DNA of 64,000 nucleotides, taken from the NCBI GenBank assembly GCA_964508565.1, contig CAZDUB010000004.1, positions 38,874-102,873 of the forward strand, written 5' to 3'. The notes under the pieces were generated by a model that was not told the DNA's origin, did no database searches, and worked only from the letters and a program-made list of their open reading frames with translations. Within the stretch, counting starts at the first letter, position 1. Every line of letters starts with the position of its first letter. Shown here one piece after another: positions 20,381-29,657 of this stretch. The position numbers and the translations under genes were made by a program. Source of the stretch: an uncultured Elusimicrobia bacterium (GTDB lineage Bacteria; Elusimicrobiota; Endomicrobiia; DTEH01).

Positions 20381-20620
20381 ATGGCAGAAAAAGTAGCAAA
20401 AGTAGGAGTAAAAAAGGAAGATGGCTATTTATATTTTGTTGATAAAGATGGTGATGTGTCTAGAGTAAAAATGGCTCGTGGTGGGAAAAAAGGTGGAAAA
20501 CCACAAAAAGTAGCAAAAGTAGGAGTAAAAAAGGAAGAGGGATATTTGTACTTCATTGACAAAGATGGTGATATTTCAAGAGCAAAGATGGTAAGAAAAG
20601 GCAAAAAAGGTAAAAAATAA
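20381..20620 (+). CDS. small lysine-rich protein made of two tandem 39-aa repeats (uncharacterised)
   Basis: AAGGAGG Shine-Dalgarno upstream; repeat KVAKVGVKKE[DE]GYLYF[VI]DKDGD[VI]SR[VA]KM occurs twice; the underlying 117-nt DNA units share an identical 33-nt core. Confidence 0.6.
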   Translation: MAEKVAKVGVKKEDGYLYFVDKDGDVSRVKMARGGKKGGKPQKVAKVGVKKEEGYLYFIDKDGDISRAKMVRKGKKGKK

Positions 20621-20652
20621 TTTAAATAAATATTTGAACATTAAATAAAAAT

Positions 20653-20686
20653 AGGGCTATACTTAGGTTATGTTAAGTATAGCCCT
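20653..20686. terminator. 13-bp perfect hairpin; probable terminator for tRNA-Ala (T-tract on the minus strand), possibly bidirectional
   Basis: AGGGCTATACTTA/TAAGTATAGCCCT with 8-nt loop; minus strand continues ATTTTTATTTAA; plus strand has only a weak T-run. Confidence 0.55.
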
Positions 20687-20865
20687 TTAACTTGCCTGAA
20701 ACTTTGGTAAAGTTGGTTTGTTTGATTTTTTACAGAGGTTAATTAGTTTATTTTTTGTTGTGAGTTAACTTTTCAGAGAGTTGGTAATTTTCTTTCCAGA
20801 TATAATTAATAGTTTGTGTTTAAATATTTTTTTCAGGTGGATTATTTTTGTTTATTTTTATTATA

Positions 20866-20940
20866 TGGACCCGATGGGATTCGAACCCACGACCTTCCGC
20901 ACGCCAAGCGGACGTTCTCCCAAAACTGAACTACGGGCCC
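20866..20940 (-). tRNA. tRNA-Ala (anticodon GGC)
   Basis: Reverse complement GGGCCCGTAGTTCAG...; anticodon loop TTGGCGT; G3:U70 alanine identity pair; T-loop GGTTCGAATCC; CCA not encoded. Confidence 0.85.
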
Positions 20941-20966
20941 ATAAATATCTTTAATTTTAGTAAAAT

Positions 20967-20995
20967 TTAATATAAAAAATTTTATTAAAAATCAA
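20967..20995 (-). promoter_or_regulatory. candidate promoter for tRNA-Ala (TTGATT-17-TATTAA on the minus strand)
   Basis: Reverse complement of 20990-20995 is TTGATT and of 20967-20972 is TATTAA; about 27 nt upstream of the tRNA 5' end. Confidence 0.35.
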
Positions 20996-21007
20996 TATTA
21001 TTACAAC

Positions 21008-21036
21008 TTGACATTTTAAATAAGTTTTGATATAAA
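21008..21036 (+). promoter_or_regulatory. near-consensus sigma70 promoter TTGACA-17-TATAAA; predicted start site falls at the ATG of the next gene (leaderless)
   Basis: TTGACA at 21008-21013, exact 17-nt spacer, TATAAA at 21031-21036; ATG at 21044 with no Shine-Dalgarno. Confidence 0.5.
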
Positions 21037-21043
21037 CAAAATA

Positions 21044-22618
21044 ATGAAAAAAGAACGTCCATTGTTCTTTTTTATTCTCTTTCCTTTATTATTTTTTGTT
21101 TCTGTTATTTTTATACATTTCAAATTACCTCATTTAGTTGTAATTTCATCTTTTTTAACAATTTTTTTAGTTACACATTTTTATTATGAAATAAAAACAA
21201 GAAGATTTAAAACTTACGAAAATATATACAAAACAATCTTACAACTGTTCCATTATACAGAATTCAGTTCTTTCCTTGATTATGCTATTCATTCAATTTC
21301 TAAATTGCTAAATGCTGAACGAACTACGATATTTATGTTAAACCAGGAAACAAAAGTACTTTGGACATTCTTTGCAGAAGAGTTAGAAATAAAAGAAGTA
21401 TTTTTGCCTATAACTGAAGGGATTGTTGGTTATGTAGCAAGGACAAAAAAAATTGTAAAAATTAATGACGATGTATATAAAGATGAAAGATTCTCACCAA
21501 TAGTTGATCAGAAAACCGGTTTTAGGACAAAAACAGTACTTTGTGCTCCCATTATAGAACGCACTAAAGGGAATGTTATTGGTGTTATTGAAGTATTAAA
21601 TAAAAAAACAAAAAATGGATTTACTAAAGAAGACGAAGAACTTTTAGAATTATTTTGTCATGAAATTTCAACCGTAATTGTAAATGCTCAACTTTATACT
21701 CAACTTAAGGCACTATTAGAAAGTTTTTTGAAATCTTTTGCTATAGCAATTGATGCTCGTGATCCTGTTACAAAAGGACATTCCATTCGTGTAATGAGAT
21801 ATGCCTTAAGAATTGGTAAAGAAATGCGACTATCTCATGAGCAACTTAAGGTATTAGAATATGCTTCTATTTTACACGATATAGGTAAAGTTGGTATTCC
21901 TGACAATATCCTTTTAAAACCTGAGAAGTTTACACCTGAAGAGTATGAAATAATGAAGAAACATGTAAATATTACAAAAGATATTTTATCAACAATTCAA
22001 TTCCCTCCAGAATATAAAGATGTACCTACTATAGCTGCTATGCACCATGAATTTCTTGATGGTTCTGGATATCCTGAAGGGTTAAAGGGAGAAGAAATTC
22101 CATTATTAGCAAGAATTATCTGTATTGCTGATATATACGACGCTTTAGTAAGTTATGATAGACCCTACAAACCAGCATATTCAAACCAAGAAGCAATTAA
22201 TATACTATACGATATGGCAAATTCAGGTAAGCTGGATAAAACAATTTTAGACATTTTTGTTTTAAAGGAACCGTATCAAATTGAACAAAGAAAGTTTTTA
22301 AGGTTAAACAAGGAAGTTTCTTTCTCATGGAAGAAATTGACTCCAGAAGGAATTAAATCTTTATTGCCAACGCTTTCAAAAACAGTCAATGTCTCAGAAA
22401 GGACACTTCAATTTATTTGTGATGAGCCTCTTTCTGTAAATAGTTTTCTTGATATGGAAATTTATTTGCCAGATTTTCACACAAATGCTATAGCTAAAGT
22501 TGTATATTGTTCTAAAACTAATGGAGAAGAAAAATATAAAGTGGGTATTAATTTTGTAAATTTGTCAAAAAAATTAGAAGAAAAGTTACAAACTGCTTTA
22601 GCAAAAGCTTCTGACTGA
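21044..22618 (+). CDS. membrane-anchored GAF + HD-GYP c-di-GMP phosphodiesterase with C-terminal PilZ-like domain
   Basis: Two N-terminal TM helices; GAF region; HD motif (ILHDIGKVGIP) and HHEFLDGSGYPEGL (GYP); C-terminal about 110 aa with RKFLR and a YKVGINFVNLSKKLEEKL tail resembling PilZ. Confidence 0.8.
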   Translation: MKKERPLFFFILFPLLFFVSVIFIHFKLPHLVVISSFLTIFLVTHFYYEIKTRRFKTYENIYKTILQLFHYTEFSSFLDYAIHSISKLLNAERTTIFMLNQETKVLWTFFAEELEIKEVFLPITEGIVGYVARTKKIVKINDDVYKDERFSPIVDQKTGFRTKTVLCAPIIERTKGNVIGVIEVLNKKTKNGFTKEDEELLELFCHEISTVIVNAQLYTQLKALLESFLKSFAIAIDARDPVTKGHSIRVMRYALRIGKEMRLSHEQLKVLEYASILHDIGKVGIPDNILLKPEKFTPEEYEIMKKHVNITKDILSTIQFPPEYKDVPTIAAMHHEFLDGSGYPEGLKGEEIPLLARIICIADIYDALVSYDRPYKPAYSNQEAINILYDMANSGKLDKTILDIFVLKEPYQIEQRKFLRLNKEVSFSWKKLTPEGIKSLLPTLSKTVNVSERTLQFICDEPLSVNSFLDMEIYLPDFHTNAIAKVVYCSKTNGEEKYKVGINFVNLSKKLEEKLQTALAKASD

Positions 22619-22624
22619 AAAAAA

Positions 22625-23911
22625 TTATTGTTTATTTTCTAACACTATATTGCCTTTACAAATTGTATAAATTACTTTTCCTTTAAGTTTTTGACCTATA
22701 AATGGCGAGTTTTTACTTTTAGAAAAGAAATCTTTGACTATAAACTCTTCGTTGATTGAGAAAATTGTAATATCTGCGTCAAATCCTTGTGCAATTTTAC
22801 CTTTGTTTTTTAGGCCAAAGATTTTTGCTGGATTATATGTTAATTTTTTAATAATTTTTGCCAATGGAATTTTATGTTTATGATATAAATAAGTAATACA
22901 TAAAGGAAGAAGTGTCTCTAAACCAATAATGCCAAAAGGTGCTAAGTCAAATTCTTTACTTTTTTCTTCTATAGTATGCGGAGCATGATCTGAGGCAATA
23001 CAGTCAACCACATCTTCTTTTACTGCTTGAATAAGCGCGTCAACATCTTCTTTTGTTCGTAAAGGTGGATTCATCTTTAGGTTCGTATTATATGGTTGTT
23101 CTAATAAGGCGTCTTCAGTAAGTATTAAATGATGTGGAGTTACATCACAGGTTACATTGAGTTTTTTTTGTTTTGCTTCTTTGATAAAATTTATAGAGTC
23201 TTTTGTTGATACATGTGTAATATGTAGATGCCCTCCTGAAAGAGAACACAAAATTATATCTCTTATGACCATAATTTCTTCAGCTTGTTTTGGTATCCCA
23301 CGGAATCCTAAAAGAGTAGAAACCTTTCCTTCGTTTACTACTCCACCTTTTGAAAGGTCAGTGTCTTCACAGTGGGAAATAACTGGTAGATTAAACATCT
23401 TTGAATACTCTAACGCCCTTCGCATTATTTTTGAGTTTTTTACAGATTCTCCATCGTCAGATATAGCTACTACTCCTGCGTTTTTAAGTTCGCCAATTTC
23501 TGTAAGCTCTTCTCCTTTTCTTTGTTTTGTAATACACCCAACAGGAAATACATTTACAACACCTTCATTTTTAGCTTTTAGCATTATAAATTCAACAGCT
23601 GTTTGGTTATCTATAGGTGGGTTGGTGTTGGGCATACAAAAAATAGTTGTTATTCCACCCCTGGCTGCGGCTTTTGTTCCGGTTGCTATAGTTTCTTTTT
23701 CTTCATATCCTGGTTCTCTTAAATGAGTATGTATATCTATAAGACCTGCTGTTACAACAAGTCCGTCTGCGTTTATTATTTTGACATTTTCTTTTAGATT
23801 TATTTTTTCTGAAATCTTTGTAATTTTACCGTTTTCTAATAGTATATCTAACTTTTTTTCTAAGTTCTCAGAAGGTTCTATTACAATACCGTTTTTTATT
23901 AATATTTTCAT
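22625..23911 (-). CDS. pyrC: dihydroorotase
   Basis: GLIDIHTHLREPG metal-binding motif; 428 aa. Confidence 0.9.
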   Translation of the reverse strand: MKILIKNGIVIEPSENLEKKLDILLENGKITKISEKINLKENVKIINADGLVVTAGLIDIHTHLREPGYEEKETIATGTKAAARGGITTIFCMPNTNPPIDNQTAVEFIMLKAKNEGVVNVFPVGCITKQRKGEELTEIGELKNAGVVAISDDGESVKNSKIMRRALEYSKMFNLPVISHCEDTDLSKGGVVNEGKVSTLLGFRGIPKQAEEIMVIRDIILCSLSGGHLHITHVSTKDSINFIKEAKQKKLNVTCDVTPHHLILTEDALLEQPYNTNLKMNPPLRTKEDVDALIQAVKEDVVDCIASDHAPHTIEEKSKEFDLAPFGIIGLETLLPLCITYLYHKHKIPLAKIIKKLTYNPAKIFGLKNKGKIAQGFDADITIFSINEEFIVKDFFSKSKNSPFIGQKLKGKVIYTICKGNIVLENKQ

Positions 23912-23915
23912 AGTT

Positions 23916-24863
23916 TTATTTTTGATTAGCCAAAGATAATAAATAAAGTACAGCCATTCTTACTGCTACACCATTAGTTACTTGTTCATTTATTACCGAG
24001 TTTATACTGTCAGCTACATCAGTTGTTATCTCTATACCTCTATTCATGGGTCCTGGATGAAGTATTAAGACATCTGATTTTGCTTTACTTAATCTTTCTT
24101 TGTTCATTCCATAAAGTAAGCTGTATTCTCTTACAGATGGAAATAGATGTTCAAGTTGTCTTTCAAATTGTACTCTTAGTATATTTATTACATCAGCATC
24201 TTTTATTGCTTTATCTAAGTTATATTCAATTTCAATCTCTGGAAATATTTTATCAATATCTGTAGGAATTAATGTTGGTGGACCACAAAGAACTACTTTT
24301 GCTCCCAATTTTGTAAGTCCCCATAAGTTTGACCTTGCAACACGGCTATGCAAGATATCACCTACTATAACTACTTTTAAACTTTCAATTTTTCCTTTTT
24401 TTTCTTTAATAGTAAAAATGTCAAGTAACCCTTGTGTTGGATGTTCGTGAAAGCCATCCCCAGCATTTATGATTGAAGAACTAACACTTTTGGACAATAA
24501 ATAAGGTGCTCCTGAATAAGAATGTCGTATAACTATAAAATCAGCTTTCATTGCTTCTAATGTTTTTGCAGTATCGATTAAAGATTCTCCTTTTTGTACA
24601 CTAGAGGTTTGTACAGCTATGTTTACTGTGTCTGCAGATAATCTTTTTGCTGCGAGTTCAAAAGAGGTTCTAGTTCTGGTGGAAGGCTCATAGAATAGTA
24701 GTACAACACTTTTTCCTCTTAAAGTAGGGACTTTCTTTATAGATCTTGTAAAAAGAGTTTTGAAGGGCTTAGCTGTATTAAGTATAAGCTCGATATCTTC
24801 TTTTGATAGGTATTGAAGCCCTAATAAATGCTTGTGTGGAAACTTATAGTTCTGTTTTGGCAT
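23916..24863 (-). CDS. pyrB: aspartate carbamoyltransferase catalytic subunit
   Basis: STRTRTSFE carbamoyl-phosphate-binding motif; HPGP... Confidence 0.92.
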   Translation of the reverse strand: MPKQNYKFPHKHLLGLQYLSKEDIELILNTAKPFKTLFTRSIKKVPTLRGKSVVLLFYEPSTRTRTSFELAAKRLSADTVNIAVQTSSVQKGESLIDTAKTLEAMKADFIVIRHSYSGAPYLLSKSVSSSIINAGDGFHEHPTQGLLDIFTIKEKKGKIESLKVVIVGDILHSRVARSNLWGLTKLGAKVVLCGPPTLIPTDIDKIFPEIEIEYNLDKAIKDADVINILRVQFERQLEHLFPSVREYSLLYGMNKERLSKAKSDVLILHPGPMNRGIEITTDVADSINSVINEQVTNGVAVRMAVLYLLSLANQK

Positions 24864-24864
24864 A

Positions 24865-25392
24865 TTATTTTGTGTATATGGCTACAGTATCATTCCCACC
24901 GTTTTCTTTTAATAAGAGTTCTATGTACTGGTTAGGTTTTGTTTTAATTTTTTTCCCAACAAATTCAGCATAGATAGGTAATTCCCTTAAACCTCTATCT
25001 ATTAATACTAAAACAGATATATTTTTTGGTCTACCTATTTCTAAAATTTGGTCTATAGCTGCTCTTATTGTCCTTCCTGTGTATAACACATCATCTACTA
25101 AGAGTATGTCTTTGTTGTCTATATCAAAGTTTATTTTTGTTTCTTTTGGTTGAGAGATTTCTTTTCTATAGTTGATATCATCACGATAGAATGTGATATC
25201 TAAATATCCTAAAGGAATATTTTTCTTTTTTATTTCTTTTATTTTATTGACTAATCTTTGCGCTAAATACACGCCATTAGTGTAGATACCAATTATTCTT
25301 AGATTGTTTAAATTTTTATACTTTTTTATAACTTTTTTTGCAAGATTGTTTATTATTTTAGAAAGTTGTGAAGAAGTAATTAAAGTCTTCAT
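24865..25392 (-). CDS. pyrR: bifunctional pyr operon regulator / uracil phosphoribosyltransferase PyrR
   Basis: [20 protein letters not shown]-binding motif; 175 aa. Confidence 0.88.
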   Translation of the reverse strand: MKTLITSSQLSKIINNLAKKVIKKYKNLNNLRIIGIYTNGVYLAQRLVNKIKEIKKKNIPLGYLDITFYRDDINYRKEISQPKETKINFDIDNKDILLVDDVLYTGRTIRAAIDQILEIGRPKNISVLVLIDRGLRELPIYAEFVGKKIKTKPNQYIELLLKENGGNDTVAIYTK

Positions 25393-25393
25393 T

Positions 25394-26042
25394 TTAATAT
25401 CCTAAATTTTCGTTCACTAAAATTATCTCATAATCTGTATAGTCAGGTTTTTTATATAAAACAACTAATACATTGCAAATTCTACTTTTGGAGTCACAAT
25501 CTTCACATTTTCCTGTTACTACACAAGGATTTTTTCTTTGTAGCCTTATGTTGTTTATAACAGCAGCTACATTTCTTGCTCTCCAAAATCCATATTCTAA
25601 ATCTTTTACGATTTTATTTACTCCACATACAAAAACAACTTTCTTAGGTCCATATATACAAGAAGAAACTCTGTTTCCATAAGCGTCTAACAAGATTATT
25701 TCACCATTTAGAGTAATTGCTTGTGGTGATGCAAGATAAAAGTCAGATTGTTGTGCTTGAAGCCAGGTTTTTATTCTTGTGTCTTTATCCATTTCAGAAG
25801 TATGAGTAATTATTTTATTTCCTTTGGCAGAAAGTTCTTCTAATAGATTTAACATCCTTATTGTTTGACTACCACCTACGCCTACAGTTTTTGAAGAACC
25901 TATAATGTCTATAATGTAATTTTTTGCTTCTTGTGCAGTATCAAACACCTTAGTGTTTGTAAAACCGTTTTTTACAAGAACTTTTTGTAGATTTTCTAAA
26001 AGTTTTTTGTTAAACAATTCAATGTTCTGTTCTTTTTGCATA
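25394..26042 (-). CDS. LUD-domain (LutB/LutC-like, DUF162) protein
   Basis: TVGVGGSQT...FVCGVNKI LUD-like core; C-terminal Cys cluster; probable start at ATG 26042 (the ORF opens at 26077), overlapping the murG end. Confidence 0.55.
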
Positions 26043-27176
26043 TTTTTGTATATATATTTTTTGAATGACAGTTTCAATACTTATTTGCGGTTGTGGTATA
26101 TAGGAATAGTTTTGTTTCATTTTATTTATAATTTCTGGATTTGTTATAAAACTTAGTAATAAAAATTCAAACTTTTCTTGCCAGTTTTTTCTTTGATAAA
26201 CTACTTCTGCGCAACCATATTTTTTTAAAAAATTTGCATTGTGATTTTGATGTAGTTCTGCAGCAGTAGGAAGAGGGATAAGAACAGCAGGTTTTTTAAA
26301 ATAAATAAGTTCAGTAATAGTCATTGCTCCTGCACGCGAGACAACTATATCTGCAATAGAATAATAAATATGGATTTCGTTGCTGAAAGGTAAAACTATG
26401 TTGGCTATATTTATGCTATTATAAAATTCTTTTACATATTCAAAATCATTAAAACCAGTGATATGAACTATTTGAATTAGTTGTTGTAGTTTGTTGTGAG
26501 TTTTTCTTAAGAAGTTGATTATTGCTTCATTGATGCTATGTGCCCCTTGTGAGCCTCCGAATATGAATATAGTAAGTTTTTCTTTGGTGAATCCATTTTG
26601 AGCTAAAATTTTGTCTTTGTTTATATTTTCTAAAAGATTAGTTCTAATTGGATTTCCTGTAAATATAAATTTTTTACCTTTTTTTATATTAAAACCTAAG
26701 CAGATCTTAGAAACAAAAAGTGACAAAAATTTGTTTGTTAAACTTAGAACACAATTTTGTTCATGAATTACAACTGGAATAAATGGATTGAATATTTTTG
26801 CTGCAATAATTATGGGGAAAGAAGTATAACCTCCAGTTGAAAAAACAATGTTAGGCTTTTCTTTTAAAATAATTATAAAAGAATGTAAAATAGATAAGGT
26901 GAGATAATATAACAGTTTAATCAACAAAAAAGGATTTTTTCTGTAAAATTTTTCAGAATGTATTAGAACCAGTTTTACTTTATCTGTGGTTTCAAATTCT
27001 TTTTTTATTATATCTATAAATTTATTGCCTTTTTGAGTAATAAAGATTATCCTTTTTGAACTATCTAAGAGTTTCTTTGCAACTTCAACTGCTGGGAAAA
27101 AATGACCACCTGTTGGAGAAGTTACAATTAAAATTCTCATATCTTTACTTAAAATAAAAGTTTCTTCTCCACACAC
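26019..27176 (-). CDS. murG: UDP-GlcNAc:undecaprenyl-PP-MurNAc-pentapeptide GlcNAc transferase
   Basis: ILIVTSPTGGHFFPAVEVA N-terminus; GT28 fold; GTG start at 27176 has an AGGAG Shine-Dalgarno (alternative ATG at 27140). Confidence 0.88.
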   Translation of the reverse strand: MCGEETFILSKDMRILIVTSPTGGHFFPAVEVAKKLLDSSKRIIFITQKGNKFIDIIKKEFETTDKVKLVLIHSEKFYRKNPFLLIKLLYYLTLSILHSFIIILKEKPNIVFSTGGYTSFPIIIAAKIFNPFIPVVIHEQNCVLSLTNKFLSLFVSKICLGFNIKKGKKFIFTGNPIRTNLLENINKDKILAQNGFTKEKLTIFIFGGSQGAHSINEAIINFLRKTHNKLQQLIQIVHITGFNDFEYVKEFYNSINIANIVLPFSNEIHIYYSIADIVVSRAGAMTITELIYFKKPAVLIPLPTAAELHQNHNANFLKKYGCAEVVYQRKNWQEKFEFLLLSFITNPEIINKMKQNYSYIPQPQISIETVIQKIYIQKYAKRTEH

Positions 27177-28251
27177 TAAGGATTACTCCTATACTTAAAA
27201 AGTTTATTATTAATGAAGAACCACCGTATGAAATAAAAGGTAAACCTAACCCTTTAGGGAAAAACAGTTTTGTAGTAACTGCTATACTTATATATGCCTG
27301 AATTACTATGTTTAAGGCTAAACCTGTAACTAAAATACTTCCATAAAAATCTTTAGTATTTTGTGCTATCAAAAAGCTAAATAAGAAAAGAAAAAAATAT
27401 AGTGCCAAAATAAATATACATCCGACAAAACCAGCTTCTTCACCTATTGTGCAGAATATAAAGTCTGTGTGAATCTCTGGGACATAACTTTCTTTAAATA
27501 TACCTCTTCCTAAACCGCATCCTATAAATCCTCCACGAGACAAAGCGAGTACGGATTGTTCAATCTGGTAAGAGGTAGGAGATTGTTCGTTTTTATCAAT
27601 AAACGAAAGTATTCTTTTTATTCTATAAGGTTGTGAGAGTATGCCAACAAACAATAAGATTAGAATTATAAAGAAAATTTTCATTATATGTTTTATTTTT
27701 ATAGAATACAAAAAGAATAAAATTAAAGATACACTAAAAATTATAAAAGGAATACCAATATCTGGTTGTAACATTATTAGAAAACAATATGCAAAAATTA
27801 TTCCAACCATTATTATAAATTCTTTCTTTCCATTTATTATTTTACTTCTATATTCATCTAAAAATTTTGCTATAATAAGCACCACAGTAAATTTCGCAAA
27901 TTCTGAAGGTTGGAAGTTGCCTAAAAATGGTAGTTGTATCCATCTGTGTGCTCCTTTAATTTCTTTAGAAAAAAGGACTGCTATTAATAATAGAAAAGTA
28001 AATATGGCTAATGGAAGTGTAATTTTTTTTATTACAATTTTATAATTAACATTAGCTAAGAACCCACATAAAAATACGCCTAATATTGTTGCAATTATCT
28101 GTTTTTTTATAAACACAAATGTAGAGGATGCTTTACATACAGTTGTAGAATAAATAGCCACCCAACCAACTATTGCCATTATTAGAGATATAAAAAAAAC
28201 AATGTTTCCATAGAGTTTTGAAATTTTTTTGCTTTCTATTTTCAAATTCAT
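27145..28251 (-). CDS. ftsW: FtsW/RodA/SpoVE-family peptidoglycan glycosyltransferase (cell division)
   Basis: Multi-TM SEDS-family protein within the dcw cluster. Confidence 0.85.
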   Translation of the reverse strand: MNLKIESKKISKLYGNIVFFISLIMAIVGWVAIYSTTVCKASSTFVFIKKQIIATILGVFLCGFLANVNYKIVIKKITLPLAIFTFLLLIAVLFSKEIKGAHRWIQLPFLGNFQPSEFAKFTVVLIIAKFLDEYRSKIINGKKEFIIMVGIIFAYCFLIMLQPDIGIPFIIFSVSLILFFLYSIKIKHIMKIFFIILILLFVGILSQPYRIKRILSFIDKNEQSPTSYQIEQSVLALSRGGFIGCGLGRGIFKESYVPEIHTDFIFCTIGEEAGFVGCIFILALYFFLFLFSFLIAQNTKDFYGSILVTGLALNIVIQAYISIAVTTKLFFPKGLGLPFISYGGSSLIINFLSIGVILSVWRRNFYFK

Positions 28252-29657
28252 AGTTTATTAACTATTTTTTTAAATTCTTTACCTCTATGTTCAAAGTTTT
28301 TAAATTGGTCAAAGGAACTACATGCAGGAGAAAGTAGTACAATATCACCTTTTTGTGCTATTTCTTTTGCTTTTTTTATAGCATTTTCTAAAGTTCCGCA
28401 TTTAAAAATGGGTACTTTTATGTCTTTTAGCTGCTCAAATATAATATCTGTTGCCTCTCCTATCAATAACAAACTTTTTACTTTTTGTTTAATAAATGGT
28501 ATTAGTGGAGTATAAGGTGCACCTTTGTGTCTTCCTCCAAGTATTAGGTGGATGTTGCCGTTGAAACTTTTTAAAGCAACTAAGGTGGAATCTACATTGG
28601 TGGATTTTGAATCATTTATATATACCACACCATCAAGTTCTCTTACAAATTCTAATCTGTGTTCAACTCCTTTGAATTGAGAGATTACTTTTTCTATATT
28701 TGAAGTTGGAATATCTATTAAAATACAACAGCTTATTGCAGCAATTATGTTTTCTAAGTTATGCTCACCTGGTAAAGTAGTGTTTATTTTTATTTTTTTT
28801 ATATTTGAATTAAATACAAAGTTAGCTTCCATGTTTTCTTTGTCTAACCAAACCCCGCAGGTTAATTTGGAAGTTCTACTAAAAAATAATTTTTTAGATT
28901 TAGTTACTAAGTTTTGATATTCAATTATATTTTTGTCGTCGTAATTAAGTATTGCATAGTCGTTTTCAGTTTGGTTTTTAAACATATTAAATTTTGCCTT
29001 TATGTAATTTTGCATGTTTTTATGGTGTTCAAGATGGTCTTCAGTAATGTTTAAGATACAGCCAATATGTGGTTTGAACTCAATAATATCTTCAAGTTGG
29101 TAACTTGAAACCTCACAAACTATGATATCGTCTTTTTGTATTTCATCAACAAAGTCAATTAAAGGTTTACCTATATTTCCACATATAAAACTTCTTCTAT
29201 ATGAAGAGACAATTTCTCCAACTAATGTTGTAGTTGTAGTTTTTCCATTAGTTCCTGTTATTGCTATTATAAGTGGCGAGTTTCCAAGTTTTTGTTTTAT
29301 TATTTGATATGATACCTCTAATTCTGTTAAAACCGGAATTTTTTTAAAAAAAGCTTTTTGAAGTAAAGGATGATGTAGGGAAATACCTGGAGATCTTATT
29401 ATTATATCATTTTCTAAAATTTTCTCTGTATGTTTACCAACTTCGTATTTAACTAAAGGGTTTAGTTGTTGAAGTTGATTTTTAATTTTTTCTTCAGGTA
29501 GTTCTTCAGAAACAAAAACTTCATTATTTAAATTTATCAAATAATTAGCTAAGCTTAGGTTGCTTATACCTAATCCTAAAAGTCCAATTTTTTTATTTCT
29601 AAACGAAAATGTCATATTTTTTACCTTATTTTCAAAGAAGCTAAAGCAATAACACAC
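28248..29657 (-). CDS. murD: UDP-N-acetylmuramoylalanine--D-glutamate ligase
   Basis: GITGTNGKTTTTTL Mur ligase P-loop; alternative start at 29615. Confidence 0.9.
   Translation of the reverse strand: MCYCFSFFENKVKNMTFSFRNKKIGLLGLGISNLSLANYLINLNNEVFVSEELPEEKIKNQLQQLNPLVKYEVGKHTEKILENDIIIRSPGISLHHPLLQKAFFKKIPVLTELEVSYQIIKQKLGNSPLIIAITGTNGKTTTTTLVGEIVSSYRRSFICGNIGKPLIDFVDEIQKDDIIVCEVSSYQLEDIIEFKPHIGCILNITEDHLEHHKNMQNYIKAKFNMFKNQTENDYAILNYDDKNIIEYQNLVTKSKKLFFSRTSKLTCGVWLDKENMEANFVFNSNIKKIKINTTLPGEHNLENIIAAISCCILIDIPTSNIEKVISQFKGVEHRLEFVRELDGVVYINDSKSTNVDSTLVALKSFNGNIHLILGGRHKGAPYTPLIPFIKQKVKSLLLIGEATDIIFEQLKDIKVPIFKCGTLENAIKKAKEIAQKGDIVLLSPACSSFDQFKNFEHRGKEFKKIVNKL

Noticed and set aside
18941-20940. 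Prophage or integrative element at tRNA-Ala (excisionase-family HTH about 1.7 kb from the tRNA)
   Set aside because: No integrase, no phage structural or replication genes, and no direct repeat of the tRNA 3' end was found in the window. The HTH is more likely a local regulator.
23157-23726. Long ORFs antisense to annotated genes (23157-23726, 43313-43801, 54266-54898, 15950-16393, 27641-28045, 9828-10214 and similar)
   Set aside because: They lie fully inside well-supported genes on the opposite strand, are Ser/Phe/Leu-rich and low-complexity, and have no ribosome-binding sites. Typical AT-rich antisense artefacts.
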